Assembly (NCBI GenBank): GCA_964016885.1
Contig: OZ024759.1
Coordinates: forward strand, 27,156,001 to 27,220,000
Reading direction: 5' to 3'
DNA length: 64,000 nt
DNA from: Eledone cirrhosa
Taxonomy: Eukaryota
This document shows positions 9,806 to 22,700 of the stretch, piece by piece. Each line of letters opens with the position of its first letter. The stretch's first letter is position 1. The translations under genes and the position numbers were made by a program. The notes under the pieces are model-generated. The model did no database searches, was not told the DNA's origin, and saw nothing but the letters and a program-made list of their open reading frames with translations.

Positions 9806-10217
9806 TATATATATATGCCCCAGCATACACACACACACACACATATATATACATATATATATGCCCCAGCATGGTCTTGGACGATCGTCTAACTAAGGCC
9901 AATAATAAAATCCTTCAAAATAAATTAAACACTACTAAATCCGGGGTTACAACTTGGATTACTTAAAAGTCAGTAAAGCTGTAAAGATTCTATATTGTAA
10001 ATAGGTGGTCGCATGTTCGAATCCGGGCAAATCTCGAGAAAAATAACAAAAAGAAGGACAATGTAAAAATAGCAGCCATAAACGAGAGGAGGACACACAC
10101 ACAAACACACACACATGTATATATATATATATGTGTGTCTGTGTATGTGTTTGGCTGCTATATATATATATAGCGGTCAACACACACACACGTACATATA
10201 TAAGTGTGTGTGTTTGG

Positions 10218-10251
<34 letters not shown>

Positions 10252-10830
10252 ATATAAATATATGTGAGTTGCTATGACTGCTATTTCTAGCAGGTTTATT
10301 TTAGCGTGTAAACTGCACACCCGCAAAATTTTTGCCTCGATTTTTGCGATTAAGTAAGACAAAAGTTATCGTCCTTGTCAAAAATAAAATTTTACTATTA
10401 TTGAAAATCTTTTGGCTGATTTTAAGCCAAAGTTTTTTAATGGCTGCCACTTCCGGTTTTTGTTGTGCGTCTACAGAACAGCCATAAACCTACTAGAAAT
10501 AGCAGTCATAACAACACACTTATGTATATTTATATATCAGGGATTCTCAACGAAGGGTACACGCCCCACAGGGGGCAATTTGAATTTAATAGGGGCCAAT
10601 TAGAAAGTGATATAATACGACCAAACTTCCAGTTACACTTTGTTCACATGTTATCCTGTATCTGGCAGCAGCTACGAGAAGTTTGTTTATATTTTGAAGT
10701 TTGTTTTGATCATCGCGGCATCGTAGCTTTGTTTAATTAAAGCATTTCTACTTTATATTACAGTAGTAACACTTTTACAAGACTCGGTTTATTTCTATAT
10801 TAAAAGGGAACATAAACCTAATTTTTAAAC
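9066..10830. repeat. ~1.76-kb inverted repeat (arms ~600 bp), A-type units only; copy at 48263-50021
   Basis: 9066-~9670 is the reverse complement of ~10222-10830; mirrored spurious ORFs 9276..9479(-) and 10412..10603(+). Confidence 0.88.
9364..9640. mobile_element. MITE with GTTGCTATGACTGCTATTTCTAGCAGGTTTA inverted termini; related copies at ~10255-10525 and 11065-11680
   Basis: 9376 GTTGCTATGACTGCTATTTCTAGCAGGTTTA vs 9594 TAAACCTGCTAGAAATAGCAGTCATAGCAAC, embedded in TA-rich sequence. Confidence 0.65.
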
Positions 10831-10871
10831 GTTGAGGTGGGGCATGGAGCAAAAAAGGTTTGGAACTACTG
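10538..10871 (+). mobile_element. Degenerate non-autonomous hAT element (~334 bp)
   Basis: Left end CAGGGATTCTCAAC...GCCCCACAGGGGGCAATT; right end GGGGCATGGAGCAAAAAAGGTTTGGAACTACTG (9/14 TIR match); no TSD retained. Confidence 0.55.
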
Positions 10872-12552
10872 AAGACAACGAATCATCGTTTTTATTAATG
10901 TAAACAAACTTCTCGCAGGTGCTGCCAGATACACGATAACATGTGTATACGAAGTGTAACAGGGAGTTGGGTCGTATTATATGACTTTCAAATTGACCCC
11001 TATTATATTCAAATTATCCCCTGTGGGGCGTGCACCCCACGTTGAGAATCCCTCATAAATAAATATATGTGAGTGTGTTGCTATGACTGCTATTTCTAGC
11101 AGGTTTACTGCAGTCCTGTAGACGCACAACAAAAACCGGAAGTGGCAGCCATTAAAAAACTTTGGCTTAAAATCAGGCAAAAGTTTTTTAACAATTTGCC
11201 AAGAAAGATAACTCTTGTCTTACTTAATCGCAAAAATCGAGGCAAAATTTTGCGGGTGTGCAGTTTGTTTGGTGTATTTGACTGCTATTTCTAGCATATA
11301 TGGACACTTTAGAAATAGCAGCGAAACACGGGAAACATAAGAAAGAAGGTCACACACGTATATATATATATATATAATTATGTATCTGTATATATATATA
11401 TATATATATACATATATACATATATATATGCACAGATATATACATTTAAATATATATATTTATATATACATACACGCGCGCACACACACCTATACGTAGA
11501 TATTGGTGTGTGTATAGCTGGTATATATATATATATGTATGGGTGAGTGTATAGCTGGTATATATATATATATATATATAGGTGTGTGTCCTTCTTTCTG
11601 CTGTTTTCCGTTTTTCGCTGCTATTTCTAAAGTGTCCATACATGCTAGAAATAGCAGTCATAGAAACACACTCACATATATTTATTTATGAGGGATTCTC
11701 AACGTGGGGTGCACGCCCCACAGGGGATAATTTGAATATCCCCCTCTTTATATCAATTAGCACTAACTCTCTCCCTCTCTATATCTACTACACGGCACTC
11801 TCTTCCAATACCCCTCTCTATATGAAGTAACACCAAACTCTCCCCCTCTCTATATATTAAGCACTAAGTCAGGAATTTTTTTCTTCTTTCGTGCAGAGAG
11901 AGTAAAGTTGATTAAATCTACTGCAGTGAATTACTGGTATTTTATTTAATAAAAATTAAAATTTACTATTTGTCTTCGTTTAATTTTCGTTTTTCTTTAC
12001 ATAGTTTCGTTTCGTTAAATGTCTCCAGAATTTGTTTTTACTTTTACCGGATATTGAAGGTGTAAACTTGGTGTTGTCTAGAAACGTGTTAGAAATATTT
12101 TTCTTTTAATTGTGAAGAATTTAACCGCAAAGTAAGTTTTTTTTACTGTTTATTTGTGGCTGGGACAACGTATGGTATGTGTTAATGTAAATGGTGAAGG
12201 TTTAAAGATTCTTTTTACAACTGAAAATCGGTTTGTTGTTGCTGCTAATTACTTAACGCATGGAATAGATTAAAAAAATGCAGGATTGTTTCTCGGAAGA
12301 GAGGAAGAAGAAACAAATCACAGAAGCGGGTAGCACACACATTTGGGACCACATACAACACAAAAACAGGTAATCCACACATCTGGGACCACATACAACA
12401 CACCAGCAGGTAATACATACATCTAGGACCACATAAGCAGGTAATACACACATCTAGGACCACATACAACACACAAGCAGGTAATACCCACATCTAGGAC
12501 GACATACAACCAAAGGCAGGCGAAAGGGGTGGACAAACGAGCTGCTACTAGA

Positions 12553-12810
12553 TCAAAAGATAACAGTATCGCGAGGAGCACTGGGAAACCTCTCTAATGA
12601 TTTTTTAGGAAAGCCAGCACGTCTGCAGCGTTACCTCGGGCGATGGCGAGGCTGAGGAGCTGGAACAACCAAGTGCCCTCACGAGCTTCACCAGTCACCT
12701 TCGTCAGGCTAGCCGCCAGTGAAGATAGGAATCTCGCAGTCAGTATCCCGACTCCCCCAAACGCCACAGGCTGGAAAATGTAGTTGGCCGACAGATCACA
12801 GTATTACTTA
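12553..12810 (-). pseudogene. CRE-like RLE fragment (copy in B1)
   Basis: Copy of 661-918 with a 1-bp deletion in the T run. Confidence 0.7.
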
Positions 12811-12955
12811 ACAGTGATAGATATTCTGTCTAAAGGAGGGGCGTACAACAGGCGGCCCGCGGGCCACAGTCGAGCCCACCTGACCAGTCAGAGTGGCCCG
12901 CAATGACTCTTGTAGGCTTATTTAGAATTTTTTCCATACCCGTAATACTTCTGTT

Positions 12956-13598
12956 AGTTGACCTATACTAAAGGACTTCACTGATAGGGTTATATGTGTT
13001 ATAATTTCCCAGTTGACCTATACTAAAGGACTTCACTGATAGGGTTATATGTGTTATAGTTTCCCAGTTGACCTATACTAAAGGACTTCACTGATAGGGT
13101 TATATGTGTTATAGTTTCCCAGTTGACCTATACTAAAGGACTTCACTGATAGGGTTATATGTGTTATAATTTCCCAGTTGACCTATACTAAAGGACTTCA
13201 CTGATAGGGTTATATGTGTTATAGTTTCCCAGTTGACCTATACTAAAGGGCTTCACTGATAGAGTTATATGTGTTATAGTTTCCCAGAGGGCTTCACTGA
13301 TAGGGTTATATGTGTTATAGTTTCCCAGTTGACCTATACTAAAGGACTTCACTGATAGGGTTATATGTGTTATAGTTTCCCAGTTGACCTATACTAAAGG
13401 ACTTCACTGATAGGGTTATATGTGTTATAGTTTCCCAGTTGACCTATACTAAAGGACTTCACTGATAGGGTTATATGTGTTATAGTTTCCCAGTTGACCT
13501 ATACTAAAGGACTTCACTGATAGGGTTATATGTGTTATAGTTTCCCAGTTGACCTATACTAAAGGGCTTCACTGATAGAGTTATATGTGTTATAGTTT
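12956..13598. repeat. 55-bp minisatellite, 12 units (one truncated)
   Basis: Same unit, expanded in B. Confidence 0.95.
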
Positions 13599-14170
13599 GA
13601 AACAAACTACCCGCATCAGTTATTATACTTTTATAACACCGCTATATTACCTACATGAAAGAGGTAAATATTTATTTCTCTTGTCTTCTTAAATGTATAG
13701 AACATTTTTCTTATATATATTCTTAACATAGCTAGGACCGTTTATTATTTACTAGTCTCTACTCCTAGGACTTTGCTGGTCTCATGTCCCCTCCATCAAC
13801 ACACACTCGGTAGAAAGCTGGTCGTCGGAGGTAAAGTGGCCCTGATTACAGGTCTAGTATTGAAGCCTTTCGGCTTGAGCCTTGCTGATGCCGACAGAGT
13901 TCCTGTGGTAGTTTTGGTAGCACAGGTGACATTTTATTGTGTTTAGGTACCGGCTAGTGCGGACACAGAGAGCACAACCAGGTGGTGAGCTGGCAACGAC
14001 CAAGTGTAGAGGGCCAGCTTTGAAATTCGAGCGACGGAGTGAACTAGTAAAAGAGGCAGGGTAAGCAGCATTGGTTCTAACGGTGGGACTAGAACGGAGG
14101 TTGGGTGGTGCTGGGGGTGGGCTAACAGCTAACAGTTGTAGGAGTGGTGGGGGTTTGCTAGGATTAATTT

Positions 14171-16523
14171 TTACATCTGTATGTGAACTCTTGAAAAAGC
14201 AACATACAATTGTCCAGGGTTAAATACTTGCTCAGGGAGGAACAGACCCACTTTATCATGTATTTGACCATGGTTCTTGTTGATTGTCATGGCATATGAC
14301 AGTCTTAATGGAAACTGGGGTCTTTCCAAAGTAAAAAGGATGTTGGCACCACTGGGGGCTAACTTCAGTCTTGGGATCAAAACACACCTGCCCATCAAAG
14401 GACCATAGATATGAGAAGCTTTGATAAAATGTTTATGCAGTTCTACTACTTCTAATCTTGTGCCATTACATAATCTGTTCTGGATTGAAATATTCCATAG
14501 AAGCATTAGTATTGATCCTGCTTTTAATTGGAGTTTGTGAGGCGGCATCCCAGAAGGTGTAAGCAAGTTCATTTAGCTTGAACCAGGCAGCAAGGGTCCC
14601 TGCATTTCTACCACAACCTGAGCATTGCCTCTTTGAAAGTAAACTCTGTTTGTTCTCCAGGTGTGTGGCTAGGCTGTATAATGTATGTGATGTACCATGA
14701 AGCTTAAATTCGGAGAGACACGACACTGCTTCTGGCTGAGACACATACCTGCAACAAAGATAGGTTCTTATTTCATCATGGTTGTGTTGGTTCTGAGCCT
14801 CATTAGGTAATGCATTATTCGTTACTTCTATAGATGTACAATCATGCCCCATGTAACATATTTAAAGAGGTACTTGACACTTTTTACAGAAGCGCAAACT
14901 TCAACATTAATATGTGCACAATATTTCTTAAGCAAAAAGGCATTAAATGGCACAACATTCCTGTTATCTACTGAATGTCATCCAATTTACACTGCAGTTC
15001 CTGTCTTGCACCTCCTGTACTCTGGGTATCCATTTAGGTTCAATAATGTTTCCCTTCTGTAGGTTTTTGGATAGTTCTTTTGGAAAAATCCATTTTGTAT
15101 AAATGGGGGAAAAGGGTTTCCAGAACCACATGGCCCGTGGATCATAAACTTTTAAACCTGCTCATATAGTACTTGATCATCTTCCAATGCAGGTATTTCT
15201 GCTGACACGATTCTGTCAATGTCTTCTCTGTTTCTTATCTTGTCTTCATTTCTTAAGGCTCAGTGTTATCATCTGTTTAGATAATTCATTAAACCATTAT
15301 ACTCATCCACTCACAATTGGGCTTGATTGTTCCTCAAATATTGAAGCCTGCATCCCTCTACTTTCATATAGGCTTCCACTAAATACTGCTAAAATAATTT
15401 ACCTGCCCTATATATCGCACTAAATCCTCCTCTATATGCTATACTGTATATGTAATACTCCTGCATTGTCAGTCTATTGCAAACACAGGTCCTGCATTCC
15501 TCTCCATGTCACTATGCCACCAAAATTCACCATTATGGGTCGGTCATGAGGTCCAAGTGGCATGAATTATGTGATATTTTCTGAGGAGGATGGTCTTTAG
15601 GAAAGATGATAATATCTCTTTGTACAGGTGGTCTGCCCTCAATCCCCCACAAAACAACAGCTATCATTACTAGTTGGTAAATTATAGCAGCTCATATCTG
15701 ATCCTCTTCTAAATCTTAATTCACAGTTCTGTACACGACAATGTTCTCTTCTTGCACTTTGCTGTTTGATGCCATGCATTGTATTGTACAATTCACATAT
15801 GGATTACATTCATGCAACACCTCTCTTATCATAGCCATTTTTTGTGGTGAGCACTCATTATTTGTTGGTACTAGGGCGGTGGATTGGCAGTATCGGTAGA
15901 GCGTCAGACACCATGCTTTGCAAGCATAGGGTTATGGCCCTTTACGTTCTGGGTTCAAATCCCTCCAAGGTTGACTTTGTTTTCATCCTTATGAGGTCGA
16001 TAGAATAAAGTACCAGTAATTGCTGGCCTTGTGCCAGAAACAATTATTTGGTCGTACTTCCAATCTGTGCTACACACCTTCGTTCCCATCAATAATATAT
16101 AACTGGCCATATTGTGGTGTATTTTCTGCAGGTTACAGAGGTGGGGGTGTAGTGATATGTTTGACCGTGAATATGAAAGCTATACGGGCCTCTGCCGGGT
16201 GGTAACACCAAATGAAGTGAAATAAATGTAGTTTTAATTGCAGACGTTTCTGTGAAATCAACTGCTTCCTGGCCTCTTTCAAAGAGATTTCTCAGTCTCT
16301 CGGGGTATATTTGCAATGGTGGCAACACAGCCTTTCCTTTATTACAACAGTTATTTTCATTTCTAAATTTCAAAGCTTCACAGTGATCACACGAAACATT
16401 CATATCACTAATATGAAATTCTTCTAGATTTCCATTAATATTAATTGTTGGCCAATTTCTCTTATGACGCTCATTATCCATTCTTCTCTGTCTGAATGTT
16501 TTCCATTCTAAGTCTATTTGCAT
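14171..16523 (-). pseudogene. Helitron Rep-helicase pseudogene lacking the satellite insert (B1), internally deleted
   Basis: Same motifs, continuous across 15767-15769 (MHGIKQQSARRE...YNLPTSND); multiple stops and frameshifts. Confidence 0.93.
15873..16042 (+). mobile_element. SINE in Helitron (B1)
   Basis: Copy of 6358-6526. Confidence 0.8.
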
Positions 16524-16624
16524 GGAATAATTATATTCTGTTGTTTATTATGTAATTAAATAGCTCTGTACGATACATAGAGCATTCTTCTTTTCTTTAC
16601 CTTTTCTATAGAAATACAAGAACA

Positions 16625-16673
<49 letters not shown>

Positions 16674-16714
16674 GTGTGTATATACATAAACAAGACTGTT
16701 ATTACTCCAACCAG

Positions 16715-19700
16715 ATGAAACTCTGTCATGTAATGTTATCGACATATCTGCCCTTGGGGCTAATAATTGTCATGTAATGTTATGGACATCTCTGCCCCTG
16801 TGGCTAATAATTCTGTCATGTAATGTTATGGACATCTCTGCCCCTGTGGCTAATAATTCTGTCATGTAATGTTATGGACATCTCTGCCCCTGTGGTTAAT
16901 AATTCTGAGAGAGATAAAACAAGTGAGGGATTAGAGTGTTGAAACAAGAGAGAGAGAGGAAGAGAGAGAGAGAGCGAGATGAAATGAGACAGGGAGAGCG
17001 AGATGAAACGCGAGAGTGAGAGAAGCGATATGAAACGAGAGAGTGAGAGCGAGATGAAACGAGAGAGAGAGAGAGCGAGATGAAACGAGACAGAGAGAGC
17101 GAGATGTAATGAGAGAGAGAGAGAGAGAGAGCGGGATGGAACGAGACAGAGAGGAAACGAGAGAGAGAGGAAACGAGAGTAGAGAGCGAGATGAAACAGG
17201 AGAGAGAGAGAGCGAGATGAAACGAGAGGGAGAGAGAGATGAAACGAGGGAGATAGAGATGAAACGAGAGAGAGGAAGAGAGAGATGGAACGAGAGAGAG
17301 GAAGACAGAGATGAAACGAGAGAGAGAGAGAGATGAAACGAGAGAGAGAGAGCGCGAGATGAAACGAGAGAGAGAGAGCGCGAGATGAAACGACAGAGAG
17401 AGAGAGAGATGAAAGGAGGGAGATAGAGATGAAACGAGAGAGAGGAAGAGAGAGATGGAACGAGCGAGAGGAAGAGAGAGATGGAACGAGAGAGAGGAAG
17501 ACAGAGATGAAACGAGAGAGAGCGAGATGAAACGAGAGAGAGAGAGAGCGAGATGAAACGAGAGAGAGGAAGAGAGAGAGCGCCAGATGAAACTCTGTCA
17601 TGTAATGTTATGGACATATCTGCCCTTGGGGCTAATAATTGTCATGTAATGTTATGGACATCTCTGCCCCTGTGGCTAATAATTCTGTCATGTAATGTTA
17701 TGGACATCTCTGCCCCTGTGGCTAATAATTCTTTCATGTAATGTTATGGACATCTCGGCCCCTGTGGCTAATAATTCTGACATGTAATGTTATGGACATC
17801 TCTGCCCCTGTGGCTAATAATTCTGACATGTAATGTTATGGACATCTCTGCCCCTGTGGCTAATAATTCTGTCATGTAATGTTATGGACATCTCTGCCCC
17901 TGTGGCTAATAATTCTGCCATGTAATGTTATGGACATCTCTGCCCCTGTGGCTAATAATTCTGCCATGTAATGTTATGGACATCTCTGCCCCTGTGGCTA
18001 ATAATTCTGACATGTAATGTTATGGACATCTCTGCCCTGTGGCTAATAATTCTGACATGTAATGTTATGGACATCTCTGCCCCTGTGGCTAATAATTCTG
18101 AGAGAGATGAAACAAGTGAGGGATTAGAGAGAGATAAAACAAGTGAGGGATTAGAGTGTTGAAACAAGAGAGAGAGAGGAAGAGAGAGAGAGAGCGAGAT
18201 GAAATGAGACAGGGAGAGCGAGATGAAACACGAGAGTGAGAGAAGCGAGATGAAACGAGAGAGTGAGAGCGAGATGAAACGAGAGAGAGAGAGAGCGAGA
18301 TGAAACGAGACAGAGAGAGCGAGATGTAATGAGAGAGAGAGAGAGCGGGATGGAACGAGACAAAGAGGAAACGAGAGAGAGGAAACGAGAGTAGAGAGCG
18401 AGATGAAACGAGAGGGAGAGAGAGATGAAACGAGAGAGCGAGAGAGAGATGAAACGAGGGAGATAGAGATGAAACGAGAGAGAGAAAGAGAGAGATGGAA
18501 CGAGAGAGAGGAAGAAAGAGATGAAACGAGAGAGAGAGAGAGCGAGATGAAACGAGAGAGAGAGAGCGCGAGATGAAACGAGAGAGAGAGAGCGCGAGAT
18601 GAAACGAGAGAGAGAGAGCGCGAGATGAAACGACAGAGAGAGAGACAGATAAAAGGAGGGAGATAGAGATGAAACGAGAGAGAGGAAGATAGAGATGGAA
18701 CGAGAGAGAGCAAGAGAGAGATGGAACGAGAGAGAGGAAGACAGAGATGAAACGAGAGAGAGAGAGAGCGAGATGAAACTCTGTCATGTAATGTTATGGA
18801 CATATCTGCCCTTGGGGCTAATAATTGTCATGTAATGTTATGGACATCTCTGCCCCTGTGGCTAATAATTCTGTCATGTAATGTTATGGACATCTCTGCC
18901 CCTGTGGCTAATAATTTTGTCATGTAATGTTATGGACATCTCTGCCCTGTGGCTAATAATTCTGACATGTAATGTTATGGACATCTCTGCCCCTGTGGCT
19001 AATAATTCTAAGAGAGATGAAACAAGTGAGGGATTAGAGAGAGATAAAAAAGTGAGGGATTAGAGTGTTGAAACAAGAGAGAGAGAGGAAGAGAGAGAGA
19101 GAGAGCGAGATGAAATGAGACAGGGAGAGCGAGATGAAACGAGACAGAGAGGAAACGAGAGAGAGGAGACGAGAGTAGAGAGCGAGATGAAACAGAAGAG
19201 AGAGAGCGAGATGAAACGAGAGGGAGAGAGAGATGAAACGAGTGAGCGAGAGAGAGATGAAACGAGGGAGATAGAGATGAAACGAGAGAGAGGAAGAGAG
19301 AGATGGAACGAGAGAGAGGAAGAGAGAGAGGAAGACAGAGATGAAACGAGAGAGAGAGAGAGCGAGATGAAATGAGAGAGAGAGAGCGCGAGATGAAACG
19401 AGAGAGAGAGAGAGCGCGAGATGAAACGACAGAGAGAGAGACAGATGAAAGGAGGGAGATAAAGATGAAACGAGAGAGAGGAAGAGAGAGATGGAACGAG
19501 AGAGAGGAAGAGAGAGAGGAAGACAGAGATGAAACGAGAGAGAGAGAGAGCGAGAGGAAACGAGAGAGAGAGAGCGCAAGATGAAACGAGAGAGAGAGAG
19601 CGCGAGATGAAACTCTGTCATGTAATGTTATTGACATATCTGCCCCTGTGGCTAATAATTCTGTCATGTAATGTTATGGTCATCTCTGCCCCTGTGGCTA

Positions 19701-22700
19701 ATAATTCTGTCATGTAATGTTATGGACATCTCTGCCCCTGTGGTTAATAATTCTGACATGTAATGTTATGGTCATCTCTGCGCCTGTGGCTAATAATTCT
19801 GAGAGAGATGAAACAAGTGAGGGATTAGAGTGTTGAAACAAGAGAGAGAGAGCGAGATGAAATGAGAGAGTGTGAGCGAGATGAAACGAGACAGGGAGAG
19901 CGAGATGAAACGAGAGAGTGAGAGCGAGATGAAACGAGAGAGTGAGAGCGAGATGAAACGAGAGAGAGAGAGCGAGATGAAATGAGAGAGAGAGAGCGAG
20001 ATGAAATGAGAGAGAGAGAGCGAGATGAAACGAGACAGAGAGAGAACGAGATGAAACGAGAGAGTGAGAGCGAGATGAAACGAGAGAGAGAGAGCGAGAT
20101 GAAACGGGAGGGAGAGAGAGATGAAACGAGAGAGAGTGGAAACGAGAGTAGAGAGCGAGATGAAACAGGAGAGAGAGAGAGCGAGATGAAACAGGAGAGA
20201 GAGAGCGAGATGAAACGAGAGGGAGAGAGAGATGAAACGAGAGAGCGAGAGAGAGATGAAACGAGGGAGATAGAGATGAAACGAGAGAGAGGAAGAGAGA
20301 GATGGAACGAGAGAGAGGAAGATAGAGATGGAACGAGAGAGAGGAAGACAGAGATGAAACGAGAGAGAGAGAGAGCGAGATGAAACAGGAGAGAGAGAGC
20401 GAGATGAAACGAGAGGGAGAGAGAGATGAAACGAGAGAGCGAGAGAGAGATGAAACAAGGGAGATAGAGATGAAACGAGAGAGAGGAAGAGAGAGATGGA
20501 ACGAGAGAGAGGAAGAGAGAGATGGAACGAGAGAGAGGAAGACAGAGATGAAACGAGAGAGCGAGATGAAACGAGAGAGAGAGAGAGCGAGAAGAAACGA
20601 GAGAGAGGAAGAGAGAGAGCGCCAGATGAAACTCTGTCATGTAATGTTATGGACATATCTGCCCTTGGGGCTAATAATTGTCATGTAATGTTATGGACAT
20701 CTCTGCCCCTGTGGCTAATAATTCTGAGAGAGATGAAACAAGTGAGGGATTAGAGAGAGATAAAACAAGTGAGGGATTAGAGTGTTGAAACAAGAGAGAG
20801 AGAGAGCGAGATGAAACGCGATAGTGAGAGAAGCGAGATGAAACGAGAGAGTGAGAGCGAGATGAAACGAGAGAGAGAGAGAGCGAGATGAAACGAGACA
20901 GAGAGAGCGAGATGTAATGAGAGAGAGAGCGAGCGGGATGGAACGAGACAGAGAGGAAACGAGAGTAGAGAGCGAGATGAAACGAGAGGGAGAGAGAGAT
21001 GAAACGAGAGAGCGAGAGAGAGATGAAACGAGGGAGATAGAGATGAAATGAGAGAGAGGAAGAGAGAGATGGAACGAGAGAGAGGAAGACAGAGATGAAA
21101 CGAGAGAGAGAGAGAGCGAGATGAAACGAGACAGAGAGAGCGCGAGATGAAACGAGAGAGAGAGAGCACGAGATGAAACGACAGAGAGAGAGACAGATGA
21201 AAGGAGGGAGATAGAGATAAAACGAGAGAGAGGATGAGAGAGATGGAACGAGAGAGAGGAAGAGAGAGATGGAACGAGAGAGAGGAAGACAGAGATGAAA
21301 CGAGAGAGAGAGAGAGCAAGATGAAACGAGAGAGAGAGAGCGCGAGATGAAACTCTATCATGTAATGTTATTGATATATCTGCCCCTGTGGCTAATAATT
21401 GTCATGTAATGTTATGGTCATCTCTGCCCCTGTGGCTAATAATTCTGTCATGTAATGTTATGGACGTCTCCGCCCCTGTGGCTAATAACTCTGACATGTA
21501 ATGTTATGGACATCTCTGCCCTGTGGCTAATAATTCTGACATGTAATGTTATGGACATCTCTGCCCCTGTGGCTAATAATTCTGAGAGAGATGAAACAAG
21601 TGAGGGATTAGAGAGAGATAAAACAAGTGAGGGATTAGAGTGTTGAAACAGGAGAGAGAGAGCGAGATGAAACGCGATAGTGAGAGAGGCGAGATGAAAC
21701 GAGAGAGTGAGAGCGAGATGAAACGGGACAGAGAGAGCGAGATGTAATGAGAGAGAGAGAGAGCGGGATGGAACGAGACAGAGAGGAAACGAGAGTAGAG
21801 AGCGAGATGAAACGAGAGGGAGAGAGAGATGAAACGAGAGAGCGAGAGAGAGATGAAACGAGGGAGATAGAGATGAAACGAGAGAGAGGAAGAGAGAGAT
21901 GGAACGAGAGAGAGGAAGACAGAGATGAAACGAGAGAGAGAGCGAGATGAAACGAGAGAGAGAGAGCGCAAGATGAAACGAGAGAGAGAGAGCGCGAGAT
22001 GAAACGACAGAGAGAGAGACAGATGAAAGGAGGGAGATAGAGATGAAACGAGAGAGAGGAAGAGAGAGATGGAACGAGAGAGAGGAAGACAGAGATGAAA
22101 CGAGAGAGAGAGCGAGATGAAACGAGAGAGAGGAAGAGAGAGAGCGCGAGATGAAACTCTCTCATGTAATGTTATCGACATATCTGCCCTTGGGGCTAAT
22201 AATTGTCATGTAATGTTATGGACATCTCTGTCCCTATGGCTAATAATTCTGTCATGTAATGTTATGGACATCTCTGCCCCTGTGGCTAATAATTCTGTCA
22301 TGTAATGTTATGGACATCTCTGCCCCTGTGGCTAATAATTCTGACATGTAATGTTATGGACATCTCTGCCCCTGTGGCTAATAATTCTGCCATGTAATGT
22401 TATGGACATCTCTGCCCTGTGGCTAATAATTCTGACATGTAATGTTATGGACATCTCTGCCCCTGTGGCGAATAATTCTGAGAGAGATGAACCAAGTGAG
22501 GGATTAGAGAGAGATAAAACAAGTGAGGGATTAGAGTGTTGAAACAAGAGAGAGAGAGGAAGAGAGAGAGAGAGCGAGATGAAACAAGAGAGTGAGAGAG
22601 GCGAGATGAAACGAGAGAGTGAGAGCGAGATCAAACGAGAAAGAGAGACAGCGAGATGAAACGAGACAGAGAGGAAACGAGAGAGAGAGGAAATGAGAGA

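Larger units (their letters stand above)
1..11895. repeat. Sub-unit A1 (11.9 kb; Helitron relic with satellite insert)
   Basis: The start sequence recurs at 11896, 39234 and 51083. Confidence 0.93.

Noticed and set aside
9529-10362. YI/CV/HT-rich ORFs
   Set aside because: They are translations of (TA)n and (CA)n microsatellites and MITE sequence.
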